Shown: piece by piece, positions 6,377 to 16,082 of the stretch
How the letters are laid out: each line of letters opens with the position of its first letter
How positions within the stretch are numbered: the first letter of the stretch is position 1
NCBI GenBank assembly: GCA_018819225.1
Contig: JAHJQN010000003.1
Coordinates: 1 to 64,000 of the forward strand
Origin: Candidatus Micrarchaeota archaeon
GTDB lineage: Archaea > Micrarchaeota > Micrarchaeia > Norongarragalinales > SBBD01
Reading direction: 5' to 3'
DNA: 64,000 nt
Notes under the pieces: generated by a model
Database searches by the model: none
Seen by the model: only the letters and a program-made list of their open reading frames with translations
What the model was told of the DNA's origin: nothing
Position numbers and translations under genes: made by a program

Positions 6377-9238
6377 TTGCCACAAACTGATTACGAAAAC
6401 GCCAAGAAGGAAGTCCAAATTCTTGTCGAGAAATTCAATCAAGTGAATTCAAGCGGCAAGCTCAAGGGCTACAATGAAGAGAACACGAAAAAAGACTTCA
6501 TCACACCCCTCTTCCGCGCGCTTGGCTGGGACGTTGAAAACCGCCATTCGCCCGACGAGGTTACTAACGAGGACCGCGTCTCCAAAGGCCGGGTTGACTA
6601 TTCCTTCCGCATGAACGGAATCCCAAAGTTCTTCCTTGAAGCAAAAGCCATCAACAAGGGAATAGACGAAGCCAAGGATGCCGCGCAAGCCATCAGCTAT
6701 GCCTTTCATAAGAACACGACCTGGGCGGTTTTGACAAACTTCGAGTCGCTGGCAATCTATAACGCAGAAGTAAAGGAAAAAACTATATCCGATGCACGGT
6801 TCATCATCCTCAACTACAACCAGTATTTGGAAGAATTCCCCAAACTGTGGCTGCTTTCCAAACAAGGCTTCTTGGAAGAATTGCTTGACAAAAGCGCGGA
6901 GTCATGGGGCAAGAAGCTCAAGAAAACCAAGGTCGGCGACCAGCTTCTTTCCGAACTCATGTATTACCGTGAACTACTCTCCAAGAACATAGTCAAGAAT
7001 AACCCCAAGAAGAATCTTTCCCAGGAGGAAGTTGACGAGGCTGTTCAACGCATCATCGATCGCCTCATATTCATCCGCACTACCGAAGACCGCAACATCG
7101 AGCCCCCTACGCTTGCCCCCCTTGTCCGGGAATACGCTGACCGCAAGCGTGGCCAACTCACCCACGCGCTCAATGAAGTCTATCTCCGTTTCGACAAGAC
7201 ATACAATAGCAAGCTCTTTACATTCAACCCTGCCGACTTGACCCAGCGGCATTTATGTGAAACCCTCGAAATTGACAACGAGACATTGATTTCAGTTCTC
7301 GAAGGCCTCTACCAAAGCCTGGACGGGTTAATCAACTTTGATTTTTCAGCCATCGACGCCGATGTGCTCGGCAACATCTACGAGCAATACCTTAGTCACA
7401 TCCTACGGAAAACTGACAAACGAGCTAAGGTCGAAAGCAAGGAAGCACACAGGAAAGAACAAGGCATCTACTACACCCCAACCTACATCGTCGATTACAT
7501 CGTCCGCAACACACTGGGCGAGCTGCTAAAGAGCAAGAAGCCGGCTGAAGTTGATGAAATCAAAGTCCTGGACATGGCCTGCGGCTCCGGCTCCTTCCTC
7601 CTCAAGGCATTTGACGTGCTCGACGACTACTATCGAACCCACGATAAGAATTACGCGCAATCGACCTTGGACATGGAATCTGACGTCGCTAAAATCACGC
7701 GCAAGACTAAAATCCTACGGAACAACATCCACGGCGTCGACCTTGACCCCAAGGCTGTTGAAATTGCTCAGCTAAACCTGTTGCTGAAAGCTGCCGAAAC
7801 CAGACACCTTCTGCCCGACCTGAGGGATAATGTCAAATGTGGCAATTCATTGGTTGACCAGAGCTTTGCGGAAGACACACGTGCATTTGATTGGAAAAAT
7901 GAATTTCAGGACATTGTTCAAAACGGAGGATTTGATGTCATAATCGGAAATCCTCCATATGTTCGTCAAGAGGAGTTTTTACCGATAAAGCCTTTTCTTC
8001 AACAAAATTACGAGGTTTTCGCTGGTACGGCCGACCTATTTGTCTATTTCTTCGAAAGAGAATTGAAGTTGTTAAAGAATGGCGGTTATTTTGGCATGAT
8101 TGTGTCAAACAAATGGCTCAAGGCAGGATATGGTTTGAATCTTCGCAAGTTCTTAAGCAAGTTCTACATCGAGCAATTCATTGACTTCGGAGACTTGAAG
8201 GTTTTTCAGGACGCGACCACCTATCCATGTATTATCATTGTTCGCAAACTCACTAAACCTAATTCGAAAATCAGGATTTGTCAACCAAAAACATTGACTT
8301 TCGATAGCCTAGAGCGTTATATCCAAAAAAACAGTTTTACTGTTGACCAACGCGTACTAGATGTAACTTCTTGGAATTTCCAAAACAAAGCCAGTTCAAA
8401 CTTTACTGAAAAAATAAAGAGGGCAAGCACTCCGTTAAAGGATTATGTTGGGGAAAACATTTTTCGAGGGGTACTAACGGGTCTGAATGCAGCCTTTGTT
8501 ATAGACGAACAAACGAGGAACCGGCTTATTCGAGAAGACTCTAACAGCGAGAAAATTCTTCCCCCCTTTTTAACTGGAAATGAAGTTCGAAGATATTCAA
8601 TTGCTTCTAAAGGAAAATATTTAATTTTCACAAGACGGGGTATCGATATTGATGAATACCCCGCAATTAAACGGTATTTAGAAAAATTCAAAGTTGAACT
8701 TACTCCAAAAAAGAATACTACTCAAACGGTGGGTAGAAAACCCGGAGATTACAAATGGTATGAAATTCAAGATACAATTGCGTATTATAAAGAATTTGAA
8801 AAACCAAAACTGATATACGGTAAAATTACCACGCATCCCCGTTTCAGTATTGATAGAACTGGCTATATCATTAATGACTCCAATTTCTTTTTTCCGATAA
8901 TAGATTTCAAATTACTAGCTATCCTTAACTCTAAACTCGGATGGTTTCTAATTTCAAACACTTGCACAGAAATCCAAGGTGGCTACCAGCTTATTTGGAA
9001 GTATTTCGGTAATGTGCCTATTGCAAAGGCCAAATCTCCGGAGTTGGAAAGGCTTGCTGAGAAAATGCTTTCATTGAATGAGCGATTGCTTGACTTTGAA
9101 GGCAAGTCAACTGACGAGTCAGCTCGTTTGGAAAAGGAGATTGCGGATACTGATAGAAAGATTGATTCCCTTGTCTATGATTTGTATGGTTTGACTGAGG
9201 AAGAGCGAAAAATTGTTGAAGAGTCGGTAGGGAAATAA
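6377..9238 (+). CDS. Type IIG (Eco57I-like) fused restriction endonuclease / N6-adenine methyltransferase
   Basis: N-terminal 'VD...FLEAK' nuclease; GIYYTP; motif I 'LDMACGSGSF'; motif IV 'GNPPY'; TaqI-C-like TRD; C-terminal 'IDSLVYDLYGLTEEE'. Confidence 0.92.
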   Translation: MPQTDYENAKKEVQILVEKFNQVNSSGKLKGYNEENTKKDFITPLFRALGWDVENRHSPDEVTNEDRVSKGRVDYSFRMNGIPKFFLEAKAINKGIDEAKDAAQAISYAFHKNTTWAVLTNFESLAIYNAEVKEKTISDARFIILNYNQYLEEFPKLWLLSKQGFLEELLDKSAESWGKKLKKTKVGDQLLSELMYYRELLSKNIVKNNPKKNLSQEEVDEAVQRIIDRLIFIRTTEDRNIEPPTLAPLVREYADRKRGQLTHALNEVYLRFDKTYNSKLFTFNPADLTQRHLCETLEIDNETLISVLEGLYQSLDGLINFDFSAIDADVLGNIYEQYLSHILRKTDKRAKVESKEAHRKEQGIYYTPTYIVDYIVRNTLGELLKSKKPAEVDEIKVLDMACGSGSFLLKAFDVLDDYYRTHDKNYAQSTLDMESDVAKITRKTKILRNNIHGVDLDPKAVEIAQLNLLLKAAETRHLLPDLRDNVKCGNSLVDQSFAEDTRAFDWKNEFQDIVQNGGFDVIIGNPPYVRQEEFLPIKPFLQQNYEVFAGTADLFVYFFERELKLLKNGGYFGMIVSNKWLKAGYGLNLRKFLSKFYIEQFIDFGDLKVFQDATTYPCIIIVRKLTKPNSKIRICQPKTLTFDSLERYIQKNSFTVDQRVLDVTSWNFQNKASSNFTEKIKRASTPLKDYVGENIFRGVLTGLNAAFVIDEQTRNRLIREDSNSEKILPPFLTGNEVRRYSIASKGKYLIFTRRGIDIDEYPAIKRYLEKFKVELTPKKNTTQTVGRKPGDYKWYEIQDTIAYYKEFEKPKLIYGKITTHPRFSIDRTGYIINDSNFFFPIIDFKLLAILNSKLGWFLISNTCTEIQGGYQLIWKYFGNVPIAKAKSPELERLAEKMLSLNERLLDFEGKSTDESARLEKEIADTDRKIDSLVYDLYGLTEEERKIVEESVGK

Positions 9239-9243
9239 CTTTG

Positions 9244-9483
9244 TTACCTTTTTTTTATTCTCCGCTGTCGTTTTGGTTGAATTGTTGCTGTTATTCTGCC
9301 AAAACAAAAACTTCCTGATATTGAAAGCATCAGCACAAAGAAATCCTTTACTTGTGGAATTAATACTACGCTTACAATGGCCATGAAAAATGATACGATT
9401 GCCATTATGGCAGACCACATCGTAACCCAGTCATCCATGTTTTCACATTGTGGTGGAATTAATCGGTTTGAAAGGGATACCAT
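9244..9483 (-). CDS. Small hypothetical membrane protein
   Basis: 79 aa with two hydrophobic segments; follows zinc-ribbon gene by 1 nt. Confidence 0.45.
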   Translation of the reverse strand: MVSLSNRLIPPQCENMDDWVTMWSAIMAIVSFFMAIVSVVLIPQVKDFFVLMLSISGSFCFGRITATIQPKRQRRIKKR

Positions 9484-9484
9484 A

Positions 9485-9679
9485 TTAGTTTACCTTCCAG
9501 AAAATTTTTGTTCGACACCATGAGCATTCAGATTGGTGTGGTATTATCATTCCCCCGCAATTAGGACAACGGTATGTGTCGGCGTTTCCTCCGTTCTTTA
9601 TCAGTTCGCCAAGTAGCCAAAGCCCTACTGTTATGGCCCCGATTGCGATGAGTTCCTTTTCCTTTCCCACAATTTTCAC
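9485..9679 (-). CDS. Small membrane-anchored zinc-ribbon protein
   Basis: TM segment then CPNC...CSWC. Confidence 0.6.
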   Translation of the reverse strand: MKIVGKEKELIAIGAITVGLWLLGELIKNGGNADTYRCPNCGGMIIPHQSECSWCRTKIFWKVN

Positions 9680-9683
9680 TTAA

Positions 9684-10190
9684 TTAAAACTTCCATCCTT
9701 CTTGCCTGAAGAATGCCAGAGTGTTGAGGCATTGGATGCCTAACTTGTTGCAGACGAACGGAATTTTGTTTTCTTTCGTGAAGCTTTCCTCGGTGACTAC
9801 TACGCGCACGTTTTCAAATAGCTTGCTTTGTGGTTCTGTGCAGCAGGCCAAGGCGATGACATAGGGGTCGGCTTGTTCGTATTCACTTGCGGCGTCTATC
9901 AGTTTGGGGAATTGTTTGAGTATTTCCTTGACTTTGAGTATGTGCGCGGGGGTGGTGTCCTTGAATATTTTCTTGTGCTGTGTTGCCCATGTCTTGAGGT
10001 AGTCTTCGCGCGCGTACCGGTTTATTTCCTCGAAGACGAGTTTGGGTGCAATAATCTTGTCATTTTGGGCGAGCTCGGACAAGTTTGTCCAGAGAGACTT
10101 GAATACATCAATCGGGTATTTCCTCTGGATTTCGATAAGCGCGCTGGTGTCGGCGATGTAGGTGGCGGCTTCGTCAGCCATTTTTTCCAC
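9684..10190 (-). CDS. DUF4411 / PIN-like nuclease domain protein
   Basis: 'YIADTSALI...YP.DVF.SLW...EEI...ADPYVIALA...VVTEE...KIP.VC...F...GWKF'. Confidence 0.85.
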   Translation of the reverse strand: MEKMADEAATYIADTSALIEIQRKYPIDVFKSLWTNLSELAQNDKIIAPKLVFEEINRYAREDYLKTWATQHKKIFKDTTPAHILKVKEILKQFPKLIDAASEYEQADPYVIALACCTEPQSKLFENVRVVVTEESFTKENKIPFVCNKLGIQCLNTLAFFRQEGWKF

Positions 10191-11346
10191 TTTTTTGCCG
10201 GCTTCGCAGTGAATCCAGGTATTTCATTTGGATTGAAAGGTATCCTAGCGCGTCTTTTGTGTTGATTGCCCCGCGGTCGAGGTTTTCAAGCACCAAGGAA
10301 ACGTAATTGCTTCCCCGTTCCTGCTTGCAGCGGTCTAGCTGTGTAAGCCCCTTTCCACCCCCGCCCTTCTTTTTGATCGCCTTCCCGGCTTGTTCAATAA
10401 ACTCCGTCATTTGGGTGTCTTTAACCAAGCCGAATTCCTTCATCCGGATTAACAGGGCATATTTACTTACTTTGAGGTGGGTTGAACCCCGGTGAAGCAT
10501 CTTTCCAAGCCCATGTTGGCTGCCGTACTGGCTTGCTCCAACCAAGTAATCCTTTACCTGCGAAGGAAGGATGAATTCGGCAGCAAAGCGGTTGCACCAT
10601 CGTTCTACGGATGCAGTTTTTGACGAGTCCTTTGATGAACTTAGCTCGGGGATGCACACGCTCGTCTCTGAAAGGAGTATATGGCCGTATTCATGGAATA
10701 GGGTGAAGATTCTTGCGTTGATGTCGTCAGCCGAATTAACGACAACCAGAAACGGCTTTTTATCGACGAGTGAAAACCCGCGCGCTTCTTCAATCGGCAT
10801 GCTTACCTGGAACGTGCGAATGTTCTTTCTTTCAAGGAAATCCCGCCATTTGGCAAATGCTTCGTATGAGTTTTTCCATTTAATCTGGGTTTCTAGGGTA
10901 ATGCCGGAAGCCGAGCGTTCACTGGCCGCAATTTGTGCAGGTTCGTCTGAAATAGTGTGTTTTGAGCTTAAGGGGTCAAGCCCCAAGCTTAGGTTTGTCA
11001 TCAGTTCCTTACTGGAGTCTTGAAGCCAGCGGGCTTTTCTGAATACCCGCCGCATTTTTCTTGAAAATTCTCGCTTATCGTTGGGAATTTGTCTGAAATC
11101 CTGTGGAAGACTTGGCTCCTGCGCAGGCGAGGGTAGAAGGAACGCGGCAATTGGTCGGTGGAATGCCTTTGCAAGCATCTCAATTTGTCTCAAAGTGGGT
11201 TTCTTTTCGCCAGTTTCAATTTTGTTGTACGACTCTTCCAGAAGCCCCAACTTTTTGCTTACATCTGCGTGGGTCCAGCCGGCGCTAGTCCTAAGCCACT
11301 GCATGATGGCTGGTTCGACCGGAACTTCGATTGGTTCACGTCGCAT
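10174..11346 (-). CDS. XRE HTH - ImmA/IrrE metallopeptidase fusion
   Basis: N-terminal HTH (ETGEKKPTLRQIEMLAK); 'RIFTLFHEYGH' HExxH; 'ERWCNRFAAEFILP'. Confidence 0.9.
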   Translation of the reverse strand: MRREPIEVPVEPAIMQWLRTSAGWTHADVSKKLGLLEESYNKIETGEKKPTLRQIEMLAKAFHRPIAAFLLPSPAQEPSLPQDFRQIPNDKREFSRKMRRVFRKARWLQDSSKELMTNLSLGLDPLSSKHTISDEPAQIAASERSASGITLETQIKWKNSYEAFAKWRDFLERKNIRTFQVSMPIEEARGFSLVDKKPFLVVVNSADDINARIFTLFHEYGHILLSETSVCIPELSSSKDSSKTASVERWCNRFAAEFILPSQVKDYLVGASQYGSQHGLGKMLHRGSTHLKVSKYALLIRMKEFGLVKDTQMTEFIEQAGKAIKKKGGGGKGLTQLDRCKQERGSNYVSLVLENLDRGAINTKDALGYLSIQMKYLDSLRSRQKSGKNG

Positions 11347-11383
11347 TTAACCACGAGATAGGGAGAGTATGAAGGTCATTTGA

Positions 11384-11926
11384 TTACCCGAGGAATTTCC
11401 AATTATCCAGATATTTTGATAAGGGAATGGTTTTTCCGCCTCTATTATTGAATTCGAATGAACGCTTGTTTTTGTTGTCTATCCAAATAAAGAAATGATA
11501 TTTTCCGCCTTGACGTTCTTTCTTTTTCTTACAAATTTTCATCATATCTTTGGATGGAATAATCAAGTAGTCGATTTTGATTTCCTTTCGCGTAGTATTG
11601 TCTGCGAAACTGTGAAGGACAAAAATGAAAAAATCGATGTGATTTTGTGGATTAAAAACTGTTTCCGGGGAAAGAACTATCCACGCGCCACTTCCCTCTC
11701 CAAATTTTTCAACCTCGTTTTTCTTAGGTTCATAAGTGCGGCTTCCCTTGACTTGAATTGTTTGAGCTTTCGTTCGTTTTAGGTTGAGAAAAATCAGGTC
11801 AATATCTTTCAATTGAGCATTAGCAGGCAAAAATACCTCATGCTCTGATTTTTTGAACGTGTCTTTAAATTTATCAACAACCAACGCTTCATCAACGGTC
11901 AGCGTCCATAAATTTTTTATAGCCAT
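11384..11926 (-). CDS. PD-(D/E)XK-family nuclease (restriction-endonuclease-like)
   Basis: 'DIDLIF......TIQVKGSR' motif. Confidence 0.7.
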   Translation of the reverse strand: MAIKNLWTLTVDEALVVDKFKDTFKKSEHEVFLPANAQLKDIDLIFLNLKRTKAQTIQVKGSRTYEPKKNEVEKFGEGSGAWIVLSPETVFNPQNHIDFFIFVLHSFADNTTRKEIKIDYLIIPSKDMMKICKKKKERQGGKYHFFIWIDNKNKRSFEFNNRGGKTIPLSKYLDNWKFLG

Positions 11927-11936
11927 ATTTGATCAT

Positions 11937-12377
11937 CTATTTCAAAATTGACGTTCTTCTTGACTTCTCCTTTTCCTTCTTCGCGTTGGGGAATATCTCT
12001 TCCACAGCCTCGTTTCCGGTGCCTTCGCGCTCCCATTTAGCGTAGTAGTCCGCAAAGTTCTTAAGGGCGGGCGTGAAGCGATTCGCCATCACGTACTTGC
12101 CGGTCTCGTTGCTCAGCATCCCGAGCTGTACGCCGAAATCCAGGTAGCGCTTCCATGTGGCTGTTGGCAGGTCCTCGGGGCAATCCCGGAGCCTCAGGGC
12201 GCCCTTCTGCTTGACCAATAGCAGCGCCCGGCTGAAGCGGTAGGCTTGCGTCTCGTTGTCGAAGAAGAAGTTGGCGATCTCCTTGACAGTGAGCTGCTTC
12301 ATTTTCTCCTTGGCCGCAGGGCCTTCCCAGTCGAAGTAGTTGAAGGCCAATTCTATCCCCTTAGACACTGGTTCCAC
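11937..12377 (-). CDS. Hypothetical protein, possible winged-helix
   Basis: 146 aa, GC-rich coding pattern; 'TATWKRYLDFGVQLGML....GKY' wHTH-like. Confidence 0.55.
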   Translation of the reverse strand: MEPVSKGIELAFNYFDWEGPAAKEKMKQLTVKEIANFFFDNETQAYRFSRALLLVKQKGALRLRDCPEDLPTATWKRYLDFGVQLGMLSNETGKYVMANRFTPALKNFADYYAKWEREGTGNEAVEEIFPNAKKEKEKSRRTSILK

Positions 12378-12835
12378 TTAAGCATGTCGACTTCCCCCGT
12401 TCTGTCATCGACAAAGAACACGAAGCGGCAGTTGAAGGTCTTTCCGATTTTCCTCCAGTTCGTGGGCATCTTCCGAATCTTATTCAAATATTTTGCCTTG
12501 TGGCCTTTCCAAAAAGCCAGAGCGATCCTCCGATAATACGTTCTCCTGATTGCGTCTCCCTTGAACACGGGCTTTCTCGATTTTGGAGTATAATCCCTCC
12601 AGACGAGCTCCCCAAGCGTCTGCACAAACGAGCCATGCTCGCGGTTGTGCTTTCCCATGATTTCAATCACATACCTCCGTCCCTTGTGCGTGAATTCCAA
12701 ATCCCAGCCATGCGCGCCGGTGTGTGACGATCTCTTTTTCAAGTCCTCCTTCCAGCCTTTTTTCTTCAAAAACCTGATCAGGGGAGCGCCGATTTCTTGG
12801 AATTCTTTTGTCTCCCGTTTCTTCTTTCGTTTCAT
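12353..12835 (-). CDS. Basic PD-(D/E)XK-like protein
   Basis: 'FLKKKGW...HGWDLEF.....YVIEIMG' resembles the D...ExK core (K replaced by M); likely start MKRKKK at 12835. Confidence 0.55.
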   Translation of the reverse strand: MKRKKKRETKEFQEIGAPLIRFLKKKGWKEDLKKRSSHTGAHGWDLEFTHKGRRYVIEIMGKHNREHGSFVQTLGELVWRDYTPKSRKPVFKGDAIRRTYYRRIALAFWKGHKAKYLNKIRKMPTNWRKIGKTFNCRFVFFVDDRTGEVDMLKWNQCLRG

Positions 12836-13153
12836 AAATATGGTACATTTTTCATATATATATAAAACTATCGAATCGCTGTTTGTGGCAGAAGCCCGGA
12901 AAACACCCCCTCGTTTCCGCGTAGTGTTATTGTAGGCCATTCTCGGGCCATAGGGGCAAGCCTAAGTGATCCCGGAGGCCTGAAAAACGCCAAAGTAGGC
13001 GGGTTCCTAGAAATTTGTTTCATAGATATGAAACTGAGGAAATTGGAAAAAATGCGTTTCATAGATATGAAAATTAACAAAATAAACAGAGACTTTAAAC
13101 TATGTTCTTTGTATCGGATTTTACAATCCAAGAAGTTCACATAGATATGAACA
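12829..13153. promoter_or_regulatory. Cluster of palindromic sites TTTCATAGATATGAAA
   Basis: Near-perfect copies at 13017-13034 and 13056-13073; degenerate copies at 13136-13153 and 12829-12846, in an AT-rich intergenic region. Confidence 0.65.
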
Positions 13154-13180
13154 AAAAAGTAAATGGAAATATACTGTATT

Positions 13181-14368
13181 TTATTCCTCCTTAGTTTCAC
13201 TATGCGTTGCTTCGTGTTCTAATAACTCGTTAAGATATTGAAATTGCTGACGGCAGTACCTGCATCGGCCTTCTCGCTTTTGAGCATCCGCAACTATTGC
13301 GGACCAAAATAATTGATGTACGTATTTTGTAAGAATTGGGGTGAATTCCTCTTCGAGTTTATGGATGTTTCGAAAAATTGAATCACTAAAGAGACCTTTC
13401 TCCCGTTGGTCAGAATGGGGAATTTGTGATAATCGATCTCGGAGTGGGGGGTGAGAGTCGAAAATACCTCGTTTTTCATTTTCGAGTATTTGCTTCTTTA
13501 ATTCATCAGAATTTATCTTCATCAGATAATGCAAGTTAAATGAATCGTATACGTTTGTGAATTGCTGTTGTTGATTTGCAAGCTCCCAAATCCAGCGATA
13601 TCCGTGCTGAGTGAAATAGATCGAATACGCCGAATACTCTAATAACCCGTGATAGAATGGATTGTCGCCCGCAATCTGCCGCGCAATAAAATCAGCGCGT
13701 TTTTCCACTTGTCTGGAATGTAAGAAAAAAATGGCCGAAAAAATGCCTGAATAAATCCAAAATACAGCTGCACCAAGTAATGCATATAATGTGATGGCAA
13801 AATGAGGAGAATGTTCAAGAACCCTTAGAAAGAAATTTCTGGTTGATTCGATTGAGCGCACCAAATAGGCAAAAAACCCGCCGAGAATCGTATCATATCC
13901 GTAGAAATGAGCGAATTCATGAGCCAAGATAGCTCGAAATTCTTTTTCCTTTAGAATCCTCAAACTGATTAACCCGATATTCAGTTTCTTATTAATGAAC
14001 CCGCTTACAGAAATTTCGTCGAAAGGAGTTAATACCACTTGATTCGGGATAGGAACTCCTGTTTCAGTTGAAATGCTTTCAAGAAGTCGGAAAAGTCTTG
14101 GGTGATCATCCTTCGTTATAGGAACTTCGTGGTAGACTTCGCTCTTCTTCAGTACCACGTATCCAATAGGAAGAACAATGAACAAGAATGCATAGATATC
14201 GATATATAGATACATCAAATAGAACGCGAAGATAAAAACAATAAGAGCGAAAATTAGGCTAAAATATATTGATGCTTGGAGAACATTTGGAACGGAATAC
14301 TTGCCTTTTTCAATTTTGAAGCTTACTGTTCGTTTGGAAGGATTAATGTCAATTTGCAATCTCTTCAT
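13181..14368 (-). CDS. M48 (HtpX-like) membrane zinc metalloprotease with C-terminal C2H2 zinc finger
   Basis: TM helices, 'AILAHEFAH', 'E.RAD..A', 'SHPPL.DRL'; tail 'CRYC...F....ELLEHEATH'. Confidence 0.85.
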   Translation of the reverse strand: MKRLQIDINPSKRTVSFKIEKGKYSVPNVLQASIYFSLIFALIVFIFAFYLMYLYIDIYAFLFIVLPIGYVVLKKSEVYHEVPITKDDHPRLFRLLESISTETGVPIPNQVVLTPFDEISVSGFINKKLNIGLISLRILKEKEFRAILAHEFAHFYGYDTILGGFFAYLVRSIESTRNFFLRVLEHSPHFAITLYALLGAAVFWIYSGIFSAIFFLHSRQVEKRADFIARQIAGDNPFYHGLLEYSAYSIYFTQHGYRWIWELANQQQQFTNVYDSFNLHYLMKINSDELKKQILENEKRGIFDSHPPLRDRLSQIPHSDQREKGLFSDSIFRNIHKLEEEFTPILTKYVHQLFWSAIVADAQKREGRCRYCRQQFQYLNELLEHEATHSETKEE

Positions 14369-14438
14369 TTAAACCCCTTTCAAATAATATAATCAAAGTA
14401 AACAAAGACTTTTAACTTTGCTTACTTCTAATTAGCCC

Positions 14439-15644
14439 ATGAATGTCAGCCCCTTCCACTTGAGTCCTCCCCCAGCCTATTTCGTGGGCAGGAAGGAGGA
14501 GAAGAAGGCCTTCGAGCGTCTGGTGGAGAACGCCAAGGGAGGCAACCCCAGGAGCATGGCCGTCATTGGAGACCGGGGCATCGGCAAGACCGCGCTGTTG
14601 GCCGAATTCGAGCGCATCGCAATGCAGAAGGGGTGCGTGGTGGTGGGCCTCGAGCTTCACGAGGGCGTGAAGACGCTGGGCTACCTCTCCGTTGCGATTC
14701 TCGACGCCATGCAGAAGCAGCTGCGGGTGCTCTCGCTCAAGGAGAAGGCCAAGAACCGGCTGCTGGCCTTCTTCCAAAGAGTAGAAGTCAAATATCGGGA
14801 CATCGGGGTGTCGCTCAGGAAGCCGGAGGCCAAGGCAAAGCCCGAACTCGACCTCCACGGCGACCTAAAGGAGCTCTGGCGGCAGCTAAAGGAGGTGGGG
14901 GTTCCTGTCGTGGTGATCCAGATCGACGAGGCCGAGGGCTTGGAGCGCATTGACGGCGCGCTCACCTTCCTCAAGAACACGTTCCAGAAGCTCGGCCAAG
15001 ACAAGTGCAATTATGTGGCCGTGCTGGGCGGCAAGATCGACTTCTACAAGAAGGTGGAGGAGCTGCACTCCCCCATCGCGCGCTTCTTCCCGCAAACGGA
15101 GCTGAAGCCCCTTACAATAGAGGAAACGGCCGCTTATGTCCACGAGCTCATGGAGAAGCGGGGGAAAACGAAGGTTTCTGCTGATGCAATCCCCGCGATC
15201 CACGTGCTGAGCGACGGCAATCCCTTTGCCCTCAATGCCATCTGTGATGTGCTCTTTGAGAAAGCTCAGGAGGCCCACAAGACTATTGACAAGCCATTCC
15301 TCCAAATGTTCCGTCAGGAGTTGGTGAACAAGGCTGGATCCGGCCTTTTCCAGAAGCGGTACGTGCTGCTCAGCGATGTCGAGAAGGAAATATTGGAAGT
15401 GATCGCCCGGGAAAGCTCGAAGAAATGGCCCAACGGCGCGCCTTCCCTCCCCGAACTTTCAACTTCGGAAGTGGCAAAGCTGACCAAGAAATCGCTTCCC
15501 TACGCGAGCTCCTACCTTGACAGGCTTGCGGAAAAGGAGTGCCTCGTGAAGAAGGGCAGGGGCAAGTTCGCGCTCCCATACGTGCTGTTCGGGTGGTATG
15601 TGATGCTGGCGAGCGGGAGCTGGTCGAACGTTGGTAAAGGATAG
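14439..15644 (+). CDS. Archaeal AAA ATPase with C-terminal winged helix
   Basis: 'FVGRKEE', Walker A GDRGIGKT, Walker B IQIDEAE, 'SDGNPF', C-terminal 'SSYLDRLAEKECLVKKGRGKF'. Confidence 0.85.
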   Translation: MNVSPFHLSPPPAYFVGRKEEKKAFERLVENAKGGNPRSMAVIGDRGIGKTALLAEFERIAMQKGCVVVGLELHEGVKTLGYLSVAILDAMQKQLRVLSLKEKAKNRLLAFFQRVEVKYRDIGVSLRKPEAKAKPELDLHGDLKELWRQLKEVGVPVVVIQIDEAEGLERIDGALTFLKNTFQKLGQDKCNYVAVLGGKIDFYKKVEELHSPIARFFPQTELKPLTIEETAAYVHELMEKRGKTKVSADAIPAIHVLSDGNPFALNAICDVLFEKAQEAHKTIDKPFLQMFRQELVNKAGSGLFQKRYVLLSDVEKEILEVIARESSKKWPNGAPSLPELSTSEVAKLTKKSLPYASSYLDRLAEKECLVKKGRGKFALPYVLFGWYVMLASGSWSNVGKG

Positions 15645-15665
15645 ATTAGAAATTTTGGTGGTAAT

Positions 15666-15962
15666 ATGGAATTGACGGAAATTCAGAAAAAGAAAATATC
15701 TGATGAATACCCTGGCTTTATCGAATGGATTAAGGGAGATGGAAAAAATGAAAGAGAAGAGCACCTGGAGCATGGAAGAAAGATAAAAAGTTTAACCGAA
15801 CCGAAAAAAATCGACAAGCAAATCAAGGCGCTCAAAAAAGAAAGAACAAAGACGATGGAAAAACTGAGAAAAGAATATTGTTCCCAATGTCGAAAATACT
15901 ATCCTGAAAACCGATTCGATTCCAAAACATTCGACGACGGCTTCACGCAAATCGAAACATAG
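15666..15962 (+). CDS. Hypothetical protein (possibly truncated)
   Basis: 98 aa with GGTGGT SD-like motif upstream. Confidence 0.45.
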   Translation: MELTEIQKKKISDEYPGFIEWIKGDGKNEREEHLEHGRKIKSLTEPKKIDKQIKALKKERTKTMEKLRKEYCSQCRKYYPENRFDSKTFDDGFTQIET

Positions 15963-16082
15963 TGCCCAAAAGGCCACAAGCAGCCGGATTGAATCAAAAG
16001 GAAAAATTCCGCTGTTTGGACACTCAGAACGGATCGGAACAATTTGAGCGACGTCACCAAATCGGACAAGTCACCGAAAGAA

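Noticed and set aside
8481-8492. Reverse-strand 12-mer match (CTGCATTCAGAC) to the family-1 core inside the R-M gene
   Set aside because: It falls in a conserved coding motif (TGLNAAF) and lacks the C-tract and hairpin; likely chance.
12868-13200. 110-aa ORF with repeated FISMK
   Set aside because: The peptide repeat is a by-product of the palindromic DNA sites in an intergenic region.
14439-15644. Calling the AAA-wHTH protein Orc1/Cdc6 and the upstream region an origin
   Set aside because: It lacks recognisable Cdc6-specific motifs and no ORB-like G-string boxes are seen; it fits generic archaeal ATPases better.
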